Made by a program: the position numbers and the translations under genes
From: Actinomycetes bacterium
GTDB taxonomy: Bacteria; Actinomycetota; Acidimicrobiia; Acidimicrobiales; RAAP-2
Direction: 5' to 3'
Assembly: GCA_021845725.1 (NCBI GenBank)
Contig: JAJZVL010000003.1
Location: 1,806 to 65,805 of the forward strand
DNA: 64,000 nucleotides
Shown here: positions 8,560 through 17,229 of the stretch, piece by piece
How positions within the stretch are numbered: position 1 is the first letter of the stretch
Layout: every line of letters starts with the position of its first letter
Notes under the pieces: generated by a model
The model's input: the letters and a program-made list of their open reading frames with translations, nothing else
What the model was told of the DNA's origin: nothing
Databases searched by the model: none

Positions 8560-10890
8560 ATGCCAGCGGTTCGGGCGAGTGAACTGCAGGTGGTCGGGCG
8601 CCGGATTCCGAAGCTCGACGCGCCCGAGAAGGTGACGGGCCAGATCGCCTACGCGGACGACCTGCGCATGTCGGGTCTGCTGGAAGGGGCCATTCTGCGA
8701 AGTCCGCATCCCCACGCGCGGATCCTGTCGATCGACGTTTCAGATGCTGAACGTCTGCCCGGAGTGCGGGCGGTGATCCATGCAGGGAACGTGCAGCAGG
8801 GCTGCTTCGGGTACGGGAACGACAATGTTCCGCTCAAGGGTGACAAGGTCCGCTTCATCGGCGACGAAGTGGCGGCGGTCGCGGCGGTCGACGAAGAAGT
8901 CGCGAAGAGGGCACTCGAGCTGATCCGCGTCGAGTACGAGGTGCTCCCTGCTGTGTTCGATCCTTTCGAAGCCCTGGAAGACTCGTCGCCCTCCATTCAC
9001 GACGAGCTCCCAGACGTCGATGGCAACGTCTCCATGCGCTGGGACTTCGACCACGGGGACGTCGATGCCGTCGCCGATCGCGCTGCAGCGATCGTCGAGG
9101 GTCGCTACTCCGCACCTCAGGCTGCACCAGCTCCCATCGAGACCCATGTGGTCATAGCTTCGTTCAGTCCTTCGGGCCATTTGACGGTATGGAGCCCGGT
9201 CCACATGGTGTTCATGTACCGTAAGGCACTCGCGGACGTTCTTGGTCTCGACTGGAGAAAGATCACGGTCATCCAGCCCCCGGTAGGTGGGAGCTTCGGA
9301 GGAAAGATCGACATCGACACCCATGATTTCATCGCCGTGATGTTGGCGAGGCACGCGAGGCGGCCGGTTCGCTTGGTGATGAGCAGGGAGGAGGAGTTCA
9401 TCGGGACGCGCACTCGTCAGCCGATCCACTTCACGCTGCGCACCGGGGCTGATGCCGATGGGAACCTGCTCTTCCGCGATGCGGAGGTCGTGTCCGACAA
9501 CGGTGCGTACAACGCCTGGGGATCCCACGCGATGCTCGTCGCGATGAACACGATCACCTCGATGTACCGGGTGCCGAACAGCCGCATTCGCTGTGCTGTC
9601 GTGTACACGAACAAGAATTACGGCGGATCGGTGCGGGGTTTCGGCAATCCTCAGGCGACCTTCGCTGTCGAGCAGCAGATGGAGGAGCTCGCCGACGCGC
9701 TCGGCATGGATCCCATGGACCTCAGGCTGCGCAATGCCAACCAGTCCGGCGACGTGACGCCTCAGGGCATGGAGATCACGTCCTGCGGACTGAGCCAGTG
9801 CCTGGACATCGTGCGCGAGCAGTCAGGATGGGACAGGCGCCGTGGCAAGATGCGCGACCGCCACCGGGGCCTCGGAGCGGCGGCGTTCATCCATGTCGGC
9901 GGGGGCGCGCGCATCTACGGGTCCGACGGATGCGGCGCCATCGTCAAGGTGGACGAATCTGGGCAGGTGACCCTGATCTCGGGTTCCTCGGAGCTGGGTC
10001 AGGGCTCGGAGACCGCGCTCGCCATGATCGTGGCCGAGGAGATGGGCGTGCCGATCGAATCGGTGCACGTGGTGAATTCCAACACGGACATCAAGCCCTG
10101 GGACGTCGGCGTGCATGCGAGTCGCACGACGTTCGTTGCCGGCAATGCCGCCCGCATGGCCGCTGCAGCGGCTCGCGACAAGATCCTCGAGGCAGCAGCC
10201 GACCTCCTCGACGCGCGCGCTGGCGACCTGCGGATTCGAGAAGGCGTCGTCGAAGTCGCCGGAGAACCTGACCGACAGATCGAGTTCGGCCGGGCCGTCC
10301 GGCGTCGTCTCCTGCGAGAAGAGGGCAGCGTAGTGATGGCGACCGCCTTCTACGACCCGCCCACTCACCATCAGGACAAGGACTACCGTGGCAATATCTC
10401 CGCGGCATATGGCTTCGGCGCCCATGTGGCCGAAGTGGAGGTCGATCCCGGCACGGGCATGGTGCGCCTGCTCAATCTCTGGACGGCGCACGACGTGGGG
10501 CGGGCGATCAATCCCATGTCGTGCGAAGGGCAGATCGAGGGCGGAGCGGCGATGGGGGTGGGTCTCGCGTTGTCAGAGGAGCTCGTGATGTTCGACGGCC
10601 AGATCGCTGCACCGAACTTCCATGACTACGGCCTGCCGACTGCCGTGGACGTCCCGCGGACCGTGGTGAACCTCGTCGAGACCATCGATCCTCTCGGACC
10701 GTTCGGGGCGAAAGGCGTCGGCGAAGGAGGGATCATCCCGCCGCCTGCTGCCATCGCAAACGCGATTGCAGATGCAACGGGCGTCCGGCCGCGCGAGTAC
10801 CCGATGCGACCCTGGAAGGTGAAGCACTGGATTGACTCGGGGGAGCGTTCGCACGTGGTCGCGGGAAAGGAGGCATCCGAGCATGGCTGA
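8560..10890 (+). CDS. Molybdopterin-binding large subunit of a xanthine dehydrogenase / aldehyde oxidase family hydroxylase (CoxL-like)
   Basis: N-terminus VGRRIPKLDAPEKVTGQIAYADDL, then SPHPHARILSIDVS, GGSFGGK and GELGQGSETALAMIVAEEMG. Approximately 776 aa. The stop overlaps the next start. Confidence 0.9.
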   Translation: MPAVRASELQVVGRRIPKLDAPEKVTGQIAYADDLRMSGLLEGAILRSPHPHARILSIDVSDAERLPGVRAVIHAGNVQQGCFGYGNDNVPLKGDKVRFIGDEVAAVAAVDEEVAKRALELIRVEYEVLPAVFDPFEALEDSSPSIHDELPDVDGNVSMRWDFDHGDVDAVADRAAAIVEGRYSAPQAAPAPIETHVVIASFSPSGHLTVWSPVHMVFMYRKALADVLGLDWRKITVIQPPVGGSFGGKIDIDTHDFIAVMLARHARRPVRLVMSREEEFIGTRTRQPIHFTLRTGADADGNLLFRDAEVVSDNGAYNAWGSHAMLVAMNTITSMYRVPNSRIRCAVVYTNKNYGGSVRGFGNPQATFAVEQQMEELADALGMDPMDLRLRNANQSGDVTPQGMEITSCGLSQCLDIVREQSGWDRRRGKMRDRHRGLGAAAFIHVGGGARIYGSDGCGAIVKVDESGQVTLISGSSELGQGSETALAMIVAEEMGVPIESVHVVNSNTDIKPWDVGVHASRTTFVAGNAARMAAAAARDKILEAAADLLDARAGDLRIREGVVEVAGEPDRQIEFGRAVRRRLLREEGSVVMATAFYDPPTHHQDKDYRGNISAAYGFGAHVAEVEVDPGTGMVRLLNLWTAHDVGRAINPMSCEGQIEGGAAMGVGLALSEELVMFDGQIAAPNFHDYGLPTAVDVPRTVVNLVETIDPLGPFGAKGVGEGGIIPPPAAIANAIADATGVRPREYPMRPWKVKHWIDSGERSHVVAGKEASEHG

Positions 10891-11791
10891 TGTCTTCATC
10901 CCCGGCTCCTTGGAGGAAGCGGTGGACTTTCTCGCAGATCATCCGACCACAGCGATGCCGATCGCAGGCGGCACCGATCTCCTCGTCGATGCCCGGACCG
11001 GCCGATCCCGTCCGGAGCGGTTGGTCGACCTCAGCGGACTTCGCGGGATCGAGGGCTTCGAGCTCGACGGGGAGCTGTTGCGGGTCGGTGCGCTCACCCG
11101 CATCCGGTCCATCGAGCTGGACGCCGAGCTGGGGAGGCGGGCGACTGCGCTCGTCGAAGCGGCGAGGGTCTTGGGCTCGGTGCAGATCCGGACCATGGCG
11201 ACCGTCGGGGGAAATCTCTGCCACGGAACGCCTTCGGCGGAGATGCCCCCTTCCCTGCTCGTCCACGACGCGGTCGCCGAGATCACCGGGAAGGGTGGGC
11301 AGTACTCGGTCCCGTTGGCCGCCTTCTTCGTCGCGCCGGGCCGAACCGTTCTGGCACCCGGAGATCTGCTCACCTCGGTCCGAGCCCGAGTGCCCTCCTC
11401 GGCAGCTGGCTCGTGCTACCTGCGCCAGACCGTCCGCTGGTCGATGGACCTGGCGGGTGTCGGCGTGGCCGCGTCGGTGCACGTGGAGGGGGGAGCCGTA
11501 TCGAACGCCCGCGTCGCGCTCTGCGCCGTCGCACCTGTTCCCATGGTGGTGACCGGGGCGGAGAACGCCGTCATGGGCACGAGCCTGGCGCCTGACGCCC
11601 TCGCGGAGGCGGGAAGGCGGGCTGCGGAAGCGTGCTCTCCCATCAGCGATGCGAGGGGAACGGCTGAGTACCGGCGTCAAGTCGTGTCCGTGCTGGTCCC
11701 CAGAGCCCTGCGTATCGCGTGGCTGCGGGCGACGGGGTCTTGGCCGGAAGGTTCGCCGGCGCCGGTGAACGGCGTATGGACAAGGGAGTAG
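10883..11791 (+). CDS. FAD-binding medium subunit of the Mo hydroxylase (CoxM-like)
   Basis: MADVFIPGSLEEAVDFLADHPTTAMPIAGGTDLLVD, TVGGNLCHGTPSAEM and C-terminal SDARGTAEYRRQV. It overlaps the large-subunit stop by 8 nt. Confidence 0.85.
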   Translation: MADVFIPGSLEEAVDFLADHPTTAMPIAGGTDLLVDARTGRSRPERLVDLSGLRGIEGFELDGELLRVGALTRIRSIELDAELGRRATALVEAARVLGSVQIRTMATVGGNLCHGTPSAEMPPSLLVHDAVAEITGKGGQYSVPLAAFFVAPGRTVLAPGDLLTSVRARVPSSAAGSCYLRQTVRWSMDLAGVGVAASVHVEGGAVSNARVALCAVAPVPMVVTGAENAVMGTSLAPDALAEAGRRAAEACSPISDARGTAEYRRQVVSVLVPRALRIAWLRATGSWPEGSPAPVNGVWTRE

Positions 11792-11793
11792 CG

Positions 11794-12288
11794 ATGAGGG
11801 TGGCGCTCGAGATCAACGGTGACGACTATGCGCGCGACGTGGAACCGGACCTGACGCTGCTCTCGTTCCTGCGAGACGTCCTGGGTCTCACCGGGACGAA
11901 GTGGGGGTGTCTCACGGGCGACTGCGGGGCGTGCACCGTGCTCGTCGACGGCAAGCCCGTGGTCTCCTGCCTCCAACTGGCATGCCAGGCCCAAGGACGG
12001 GAGGTCACCACGGTCGAGGGCCTGGAGACTCCGGGCGGGCTCGACGAGGTGCAGGCCGCCTTCGTCTCGAACGGCGCCACCCAGTGCGGGTTCTGCACCC
12101 CGGGCATGGTCATGTCGGTCGAGGCGCTGCTTCGCACCAACCCGTCGCCCAACGAAGCCGAGATCAGAGAAGCTCTGGCAGGAAACCTCTGCCGCTGCAC
12201 CGGGTACAGCAAGATCGTGGACGCGGTGCTCCAAGCCGCGGCGGAACGACGTTCTGCGGTGGGCAGCCCTGCGGCCGATGTCTCGTGA
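11794..12288 (+). CDS. [2Fe-2S] small subunit of the Mo hydroxylase (CoxS-like)
   Basis: Two cluster motifs: GCLTGDCGACTVLVDG and QCGFCTPGMVMS...NLCRCTGY. ATG 11794 lies 2 nt after the TAG of the FAD subunit. Confidence 0.9.
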   Translation: MRVALEINGDDYARDVEPDLTLLSFLRDVLGLTGTKWGCLTGDCGACTVLVDGKPVVSCLQLACQAQGREVTTVEGLETPGGLDEVQAAFVSNGATQCGFCTPGMVMSVEALLRTNPSPNEAEIREALAGNLCRCTGYSKIVDAVLQAAAERRSAVGSPAADVS

Positions 12289-12351
12289 CGGCCGACGACC
12301 CGCCGGCCTTCCTCGGCGCGCTCCGAGCGCCCCTCATCCAGGAGGTTCCTG

Positions 12352-13515
12352 ATGGATTTCGACTACGACGAGGACCAGATCGCACTTCGCGAGCTGGCGA
12401 TGGACGTTGCCAAGAGCGTCGACGACGCCTACTGGCAGGAAGTCGACGAGCATCACCGCTTCCCACGTGAGTTCTGGGAGACGCTGGCCAAGCGCGAGCT
12501 GCTGGGCGTCTCTGTGCCCGAAGAGTTCGGCGGGAGCGGCAAGGGGCTCCTCGACATGGCCGTCGCGGTGGAAGCGCTCGCCGAAGGCGGCGCAGGCATG
12601 GAGGGAGGCTCACTGTTCGTCAGTGGTCCGGTGTTCGGTGGATGCCTGCTGACCCGCCACGGAAGCCGGAAGCAGCAGGAGGCGTACTTGCCCGGTCTCA
12701 CCTCGGGCGACCTGTGGGCCGGAGCGTTCACCGAACCTGATTCTGGCTCGAACATCACGACCATCCGCACGAATGCGACGCTCTCCGGGGAGACCTACCG
12801 GATCAATGGACAGAAGATGTTCATTTCGCTCGTCGGGAACGCGAACCGTATCGTCGTGATGGCGAGGACCTCTCCGTACGATCCGTCGCGACGCACCCGG
12901 GGCATCTCCCTCCTTCTCGGAGAGCTTCCGGACCCGGCGGTCGAGGCAAGGCCGTTCCGGAAGATGGGCAACAATTTCATGGACACGAACGCCGTGTACT
13001 TCACCGACTATGAGGTCCCAGCCGAGAACATCGTGGGGGAAGAGGGCGGAGCCTGGAAAGCGCTCTACGACGTACTGAACCCTGAGCGGATCATCCTGGC
13101 CGCGACCGAGATCGGCACCGGTGCTCTCGCATTGAGGAAGGCGATCGACTACGCGATGGGGCGGCAGGTCTGGGGAGTGCCGATCGCCGCGCACCAGGCG
13201 ATCCAGTTCCCTCTGGCGGAGGCGCGGGTGAACCTGGCTGCGGCGCGCTTGCAAGTGTACGAAGCGGCGTGGCTCTACGACCAGGGGCGCGATTGCGGGG
13301 TTTCGGCTGCGTTGGCGAAGTACGCAGCCACCCACGCGGCCCTTGCCGCTGCTGACGCTGCCATCCAGACGTTGGGAGGGGCGGGCTACATCGCCGAATC
13401 TGGCGTCGAACGTCATTGGCGCAATCTCCGCCTCTACCGGATCACTCCAGTGTCGGATGAAATGACGTTGAACTACCTGGCTCAGCACGACCTGGGTATG
13501 CCCCGTTCCTATTGA
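12352..13515 (+). CDS. Acyl-CoA dehydrogenase
   Basis: MDFDYDEDQIALRELA..., FTEPDSGSN and C-terminal QTLGGAGYIAESGVERHWRNLRLYRI. SD AGGAGG lies upstream. Confidence 0.9.
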   Translation: MDFDYDEDQIALRELAMDVAKSVDDAYWQEVDEHHRFPREFWETLAKRELLGVSVPEEFGGSGKGLLDMAVAVEALAEGGAGMEGGSLFVSGPVFGGCLLTRHGSRKQQEAYLPGLTSGDLWAGAFTEPDSGSNITTIRTNATLSGETYRINGQKMFISLVGNANRIVVMARTSPYDPSRRTRGISLLLGELPDPAVEARPFRKMGNNFMDTNAVYFTDYEVPAENIVGEEGGAWKALYDVLNPERIILAATEIGTGALALRKAIDYAMGRQVWGVPIAAHQAIQFPLAEARVNLAAARLQVYEAAWLYDQGRDCGVSAALAKYAATHAALAAADAAIQTLGGAGYIAESGVERHWRNLRLYRITPVSDEMTLNYLAQHDLGMPRSY

Positions 13516-13546
13516 GATCGCGAGCATCTTGACGTGCGAGGAGCGT

Positions 13547-14539
13547 ATGGCCGCTGACCGATCGCCTGGGTTCGAGACGCCCGAAGAGCTTCCCGTCGAG
13601 ATGACGGCCGTGCGCGTGCATCGTTTCGGAGCAGCTCCACAGTTGGATCGGCTCCCGTTGCCCGAAGTCGGTGAGGGCGAGGTGCTGGTCAAGATGGCAG
13701 CAAGCGTCGTGAGCCACCACGACCTGACGGTCGCGGGGGGGCGGTTCGCCGTTCGCCCCGCGGTCCCCTACATTCCCGGCCTCGAAGGTGCCGGGACGGT
13801 GGTCAGGGTCGGGGCGGGAGTCGATCCCAAGGTTGCGCCGGGATCGCTTGTCCGTCTCTATGGCGGCGGTCTGGGCGCGTCCAGGCCGGGTACCTGGGCG
13901 GAGTACGTGGCTGCGCCTGAGAGGGTCGTGGTGGAAGTTCCGCCCTCGTTGGATGTCGAGGTGGCGGCCGCGTGCGGTTCGGTCGCCCTCACTGCATGGA
14001 TCGCGCTTTTCGAGGTCGGCGAGATGCAGCGAGGAGAACGTGTGGGGGTCGCGGGTGCGAGCGGGGCCGTCGGCTCGCTCGTCGTGCAGCTGGCACTGCG
14101 ACACGGAGCTGGGGCGGTCGTCGCGCTGGTGCGCGACAGGGAGCGAGGAGGAGCTCTCCCGCCGGGGGCCGAGGTCGTTGTCGGTGACGACGGGATCGAG
14201 ACGCCCGTGGACCTCCTCGTCGACACCGTCGGAGGGCCTCGGCTCTCTTCCCGTGTCGGAATGGTCGAGCCGGGGGGGCGCATCGCGTACCTCGGTTACA
14301 CTGCCGGGCAGGAAGCGTGTTTCACACTCCCGAACCTTCTGGCGCGAGATGTGCGGCTTCTGCCTGTCAACATGATGAGAAGGAGGTCCCCGCGAGACCT
14401 CGAGGGTCGCTTGGTCGCTCAGTTCGCGACCGGAGAGCTCCAGGTGGCGACCGTCGGCGTCGAGGCGCGACGATTGACGACAGCGGTCGAGCAGTTGCGA
14501 GCTGGCCGTGCACGAGGGCGGGTCGTGGTCCGTTGGTGA
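13547..14539 (+). CDS. Zinc-type alcohol dehydrogenase / quinone oxidoreductase (MDR superfamily)
   Basis: EGEVLVKMAASVVSHHD, PYIPGLEGAGTVVRVG and nucleotide fold GVAGASGAVGSLVVQLA. I chose ATG 13547 because GAGGAG lies 5 nt upstream. The ORF-track start is 13529. Confidence 0.8.
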   Translation: MAADRSPGFETPEELPVEMTAVRVHRFGAAPQLDRLPLPEVGEGEVLVKMAASVVSHHDLTVAGGRFAVRPAVPYIPGLEGAGTVVRVGAGVDPKVAPGSLVRLYGGGLGASRPGTWAEYVAAPERVVVEVPPSLDVEVAAACGSVALTAWIALFEVGEMQRGERVGVAGASGAVGSLVVQLALRHGAGAVVALVRDRERGGALPPGAEVVVGDDGIETPVDLLVDTVGGPRLSSRVGMVEPGGRIAYLGYTAGQEACFTLPNLLARDVRLLPVNMMRRRSPRDLEGRLVAQFATGELQVATVGVEARRLTTAVEQLRAGRARGRVVVRW

Positions 14540-14549
14540 GCTCGACCCC

Positions 14550-14570
14550 GCCGCTTGAACAAGAAGCGGC
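14550..14570 (+). terminator. Short hairpin directly after the oxidoreductase stop; weak intrinsic-terminator candidate
   Basis: GCCGCTT (14550-14556), 7-nt loop, AAGCGGC (14564-14570), followed by TCTTCTCC. It lies at the start of a 110-nt AT-richer intergenic region that also contains TTGACA at 14631-14636. Confidence 0.35.
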
Positions 14571-14652
14571 TCTTCTCCCCGGCAGGGGAGCGTTTTCCTC
14601 CCGACATCAGGTCCATCTCACATTTCATCATTGACATCCATTATCGAGAAAG

Positions 14653-15447
14653 GTGCATCGATTGGATTCGACGAACAGCAGCGCGGTGGAGGTCGAGCGC
14701 GCGGACAGTGGAGTGGCCACGTTCTGGCTGGATCATCCCCCGGTGAATGCCATGACCCCGGAGCTGATCGACGGCATCATCGGGGCCATCGACGAGGTCG
14801 CGGTCGACCCAGCCGTTCGGGCCGTGCTCATTCGAGGGCGACGCGACAGGTTCTGCGCGGGTGCCGACATCGAGATCATGAGCGACCACTCGCGTCAGAC
14901 GTACAGGAAGATGCGCCGGGAAGTGGAAGCCGAGGACGCGCTGGAGCGTCTCGAGAAGCCCGTCGTTTGCGCCATCGAGCGCTTTGCGCTTGGCGGTGGT
15001 GCCGAGCTGGCGCTCGCGTGCGACGTCCGGATCATGGGTGCCGGGGCGTTGTTCGGCTTCCCTGAAGCCGCGCTGGGCCTGTTCCCGGGGGCCGGTGGCA
15101 CCCAGAGGCTCACGCGCCTCGTGGGTACTGCGCGTGCGTTCTGGCTGATGGCGACGGGGCAGCGTCTCGATGCGCAGGAGGCGCTCCGGTTCGGGCTCGT
15201 GAACGAGGTCGTTGCCGATGATGAAGTGGTTGCTCGGGCGACCGAGGTCGCGTCGCAGCTGGCAGGCGGGCCGACCCTTGCGATCGGGAAGATGAAGCGC
15301 TTGGTCTACGAGTGCTGGGGAAGAGAGCTGCCGGCCGGACTGGACCGGGAGGGCGACGCGGTCTTCGCCCTTCTCGAGAGCGCGGATATTCGGGAAGGGT
15401 TTGCAGCCTTTCGGGAGAAACGTGAGGCGCGTTTCAGTGGAATGTGA
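14653..15447 (+). CDS. Enoyl-CoA hydratase/isomerase (crotonase family)
   Basis: VATFWLDHPPVNAM, FCAGADI, ALGGGAELALACDVRI, and PEAALGLFPGAGGTQRL. Confidence 0.9.
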   Translation: MHRLDSTNSSAVEVERADSGVATFWLDHPPVNAMTPELIDGIIGAIDEVAVDPAVRAVLIRGRRDRFCAGADIEIMSDHSRQTYRKMRREVEAEDALERLEKPVVCAIERFALGGGAELALACDVRIMGAGALFGFPEAALGLFPGAGGTQRLTRLVGTARAFWLMATGQRLDAQEALRFGLVNEVVADDEVVARATEVASQLAGGPTLAIGKMKRLVYECWGRELPAGLDREGDAVFALLESADIREGFAAFREKREARFSGM

Positions 15448-15483
15448 TCGGTTTCAGGAAATGTCTGGAAGAAGGAGGTTCAT

Positions 15484-15561
15484 GTGAGCGCCGAACGCGC
15501 TACCTGCGTCATCCATGACGGACCGTGCCTCGATCAGGGGGCCTTGGGGGGCACCCCGTGA
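15484..15561 (+). CDS. Candidate 25-codon upstream ORF (VSAERATCVIHDGPCLDQGALGGTP) coupled to the thiolase-like gene
   Basis: It has the strongest SD of this region (AAGGAGG, 15472-15478), 5 nt upstream of GTG 15484. Its TGA (15559-15561) overlaps GTG 15558 of the downstream gene. There is no homology evidence. Confidence 0.25.
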   Translation: MSAERATCVIHDGPCLDQGALGGTP

Positions 15562-16694
15562 GCGGCATGCCGGAGGTTCGGATCGTCGGCGCGGCAGAAG
15601 TGCCCTACACCAGGCACCCTGCAGACGATGTCTCTACCGAGTCGCTGCTCGCCGACGCCTTCGTACGAGTGCTCGCCGATGCCGGGATCGAGCGCAGCGC
15701 AGTCGACGGTCTCGGGGTCGCGTCCTTCATGCTCCCCCCCGACCGGGCAATCGATCTTGCCTGGAAGATCGGCGTGCGGGCACGTTGGCTCATGGATGAC
15801 GGGAATGGGGGCGTGTCCGGCATCCAGTTGCTGCAGCATGCCGCCCGGGCGATCGAGTCAGGAGACGCGACGACGATCGTGCTGCTTTCGGGTGACCACT
15901 TCGACGCGGGCGGCTTTCGCCAGATGGTGGACCGCTACAACATCGTCACCGAGCAGTATCTGGCCAAGATCCCTACCGGCGGTCCGAACCCGCTCTTCGC
16001 GATGATCACCCGTAAGCAGATGGACGAACGGGGCCTCACGCGCGAGGACTATGGCCGCCTGGTGGTCGCTCAACGCCGCTGGGCGACGCTCAATCCTGGA
16101 GCGGTGTACCGCAGCCCGCTCACCCTGCAGGAGTACCTGGACGCGCCGGCGGTCGCGGAGCCGCTGCATCGGCTCGACTGCGTTCCCGTGGTGAGCGGTG
16201 CCGATGCGTTGGTGGTGTCGGGATCCGGAGACGGCGTGAAGATCCGAGCCCTGCGGTCGCTGTACAACTACGACGGCCAGAGGGGCGACGGACTCCGGAG
16301 CGGGATTGCCGAGATCGCGGACGACCTCTGGCGTGACGCCGGGGTCGGCCCCGAAGACGTCGACGTGATCTCCGTGTACGATGACTACCCCGCGATGGCA
16401 ATTGCCCAGCTCGATGACCTTGGCCTCGTCCCCGACGGTGACATTGCCGGGTTCCTCGAGCATCGTGTAGAAGAGGAGCGCTTGCCCGTCAACACGTCTG
16501 GAGGCCAGCTGTCGGCGGGACAGGCCGGTTGTGCGGGAGGGATGATCGGACTCGTTGAGGCGTTCGCCCAGTTGACGGGCCGGGCAGGCGGCCGCCAGGT
16601 GGAGAACGCGCGCCTCGCAGTGGTGACCGGTTATGGGATGGTCCTGTACCGGTACGGAGGCTGCGCGAACGCTGTCGTGCTGGAGGCGCCATGA
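15558..16694 (+). CDS. Thiolase-like protein of the SCP-x / non-specific lipid-transfer type (partner of DUF35 proteins)
   Basis: MPEVRIVGAAEVPYTR, and C-terminal NTSGGQLSAGQAGCAGGMIGLVEAFAQL. ATGA overlap with the next gene. The start is GTG 15558 or ATG 15567. Confidence 0.85.
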   Translation: MSGMPEVRIVGAAEVPYTRHPADDVSTESLLADAFVRVLADAGIERSAVDGLGVASFMLPPDRAIDLAWKIGVRARWLMDDGNGGVSGIQLLQHAARAIESGDATTIVLLSGDHFDAGGFRQMVDRYNIVTEQYLAKIPTGGPNPLFAMITRKQMDERGLTREDYGRLVVAQRRWATLNPGAVYRSPLTLQEYLDAPAVAEPLHRLDCVPVVSGADALVVSGSGDGVKIRALRSLYNYDGQRGDGLRSGIAEIADDLWRDAGVGPEDVDVISVYDDYPAMAIAQLDDLGLVPDGDIAGFLEHRVEEERLPVNTSGGQLSAGQAGCAGGMIGLVEAFAQLTGRAGGRQVENARLAVVTGYGMVLYRYGGCANAVVLEAP

Positions 16695-16969
16695 GCTTGT
16701 CGATCCCGGTATGTGCCGCCTGCGGGGAGGCGACGTTTCCCCGGCTGTTCCTGTGCCCGTCATGTGCGGGCACCACGTGGCGATACGAGCCCGTGGAACG
16801 TGGCCACGTCGAAGGGAGCACGGTGAACGCCCGCGATGGGGTCCACGTGGGCCTGGTGCGCGTCGCCCTCGGACCGTTGGTGGTCGCCCGCATCGAGGGC
16901 CCTGCCCAGGTGGGGGACGAGGTCGCGTTGGACCAAGACGGCCTGGTTCCTGTGGCGCGCCCCATCTGA
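16691..16969 (+). CDS. DUF35-type zinc-ribbon/OB-fold protein (acyl-CoA-associated)
   Basis: The 92-aa protein carries CAACGEATFPRLFLCPSCAG (a C-x2-C...C-x2-C ribbon) followed by an OB-like segment. Its position after an SCP-x thiolase is canonical. Confidence 0.8.
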   Translation: MSLSIPVCAACGEATFPRLFLCPSCAGTTWRYEPVERGHVEGSTVNARDGVHVGLVRVALGPLVVARIEGPAQVGDEVALDQDGLVPVARPI

Positions 16970-17229
16970 CACGGAGACAGAAGCAAGCGCCAGCCAGCTC
17001 GCAGAGAGGATCTGGGAGCTCTGGGAGCAAGGACGTCACGGCGAGCGCCGCGATGGCCGCCCCACCTTGACTGTGACGGAACCATGACATATCGTTGATC
17101 AGACGTACATCGAGGTGCGTCCATCACGGGTCGGTGACCGCGGCAGGGGGGAGGCGTGACGCTGATGCAGGTTTCCAAGCGCATTGATGCGAGGTTGCTC
17201 TGCGCCGAGCATCGGGCGGGGGCACGGCC

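Noticed and set aside
8560-12288. Calling the Mo enzyme 4-hydroxybenzoyl-CoA reductase or carbon monoxide dehydrogenase
   Set aside because: The FAD subunit has no Cys-rich insertion for the extra [4Fe-4S] cluster typical of the reductase. I did not see the CODH active-site loop (VAYRCSFR-like) in the large subunit. Only a family-level call is justified.
15482-15487. ATG-TGA start-stop minimal ORF behind the strong SD
   Set aside because: Only 3 nt separate the SD from the ATG, which is too close for efficient initiation. The overlapping GTG at 15484, with 5-nt spacing and a coupled stop, explains the SD better. It is kept only as an alternative.
16970-17229. 260-nt intergenic region inspected for a small RNA, riboswitch or tRNA
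   Set aside because: There is no cloverleaf and no conserved riboswitch core. Only a trivial 9-nt direct repeat (TCTGGGAGC x2) is present. It is probably just the promoter region of the ten-gene array.
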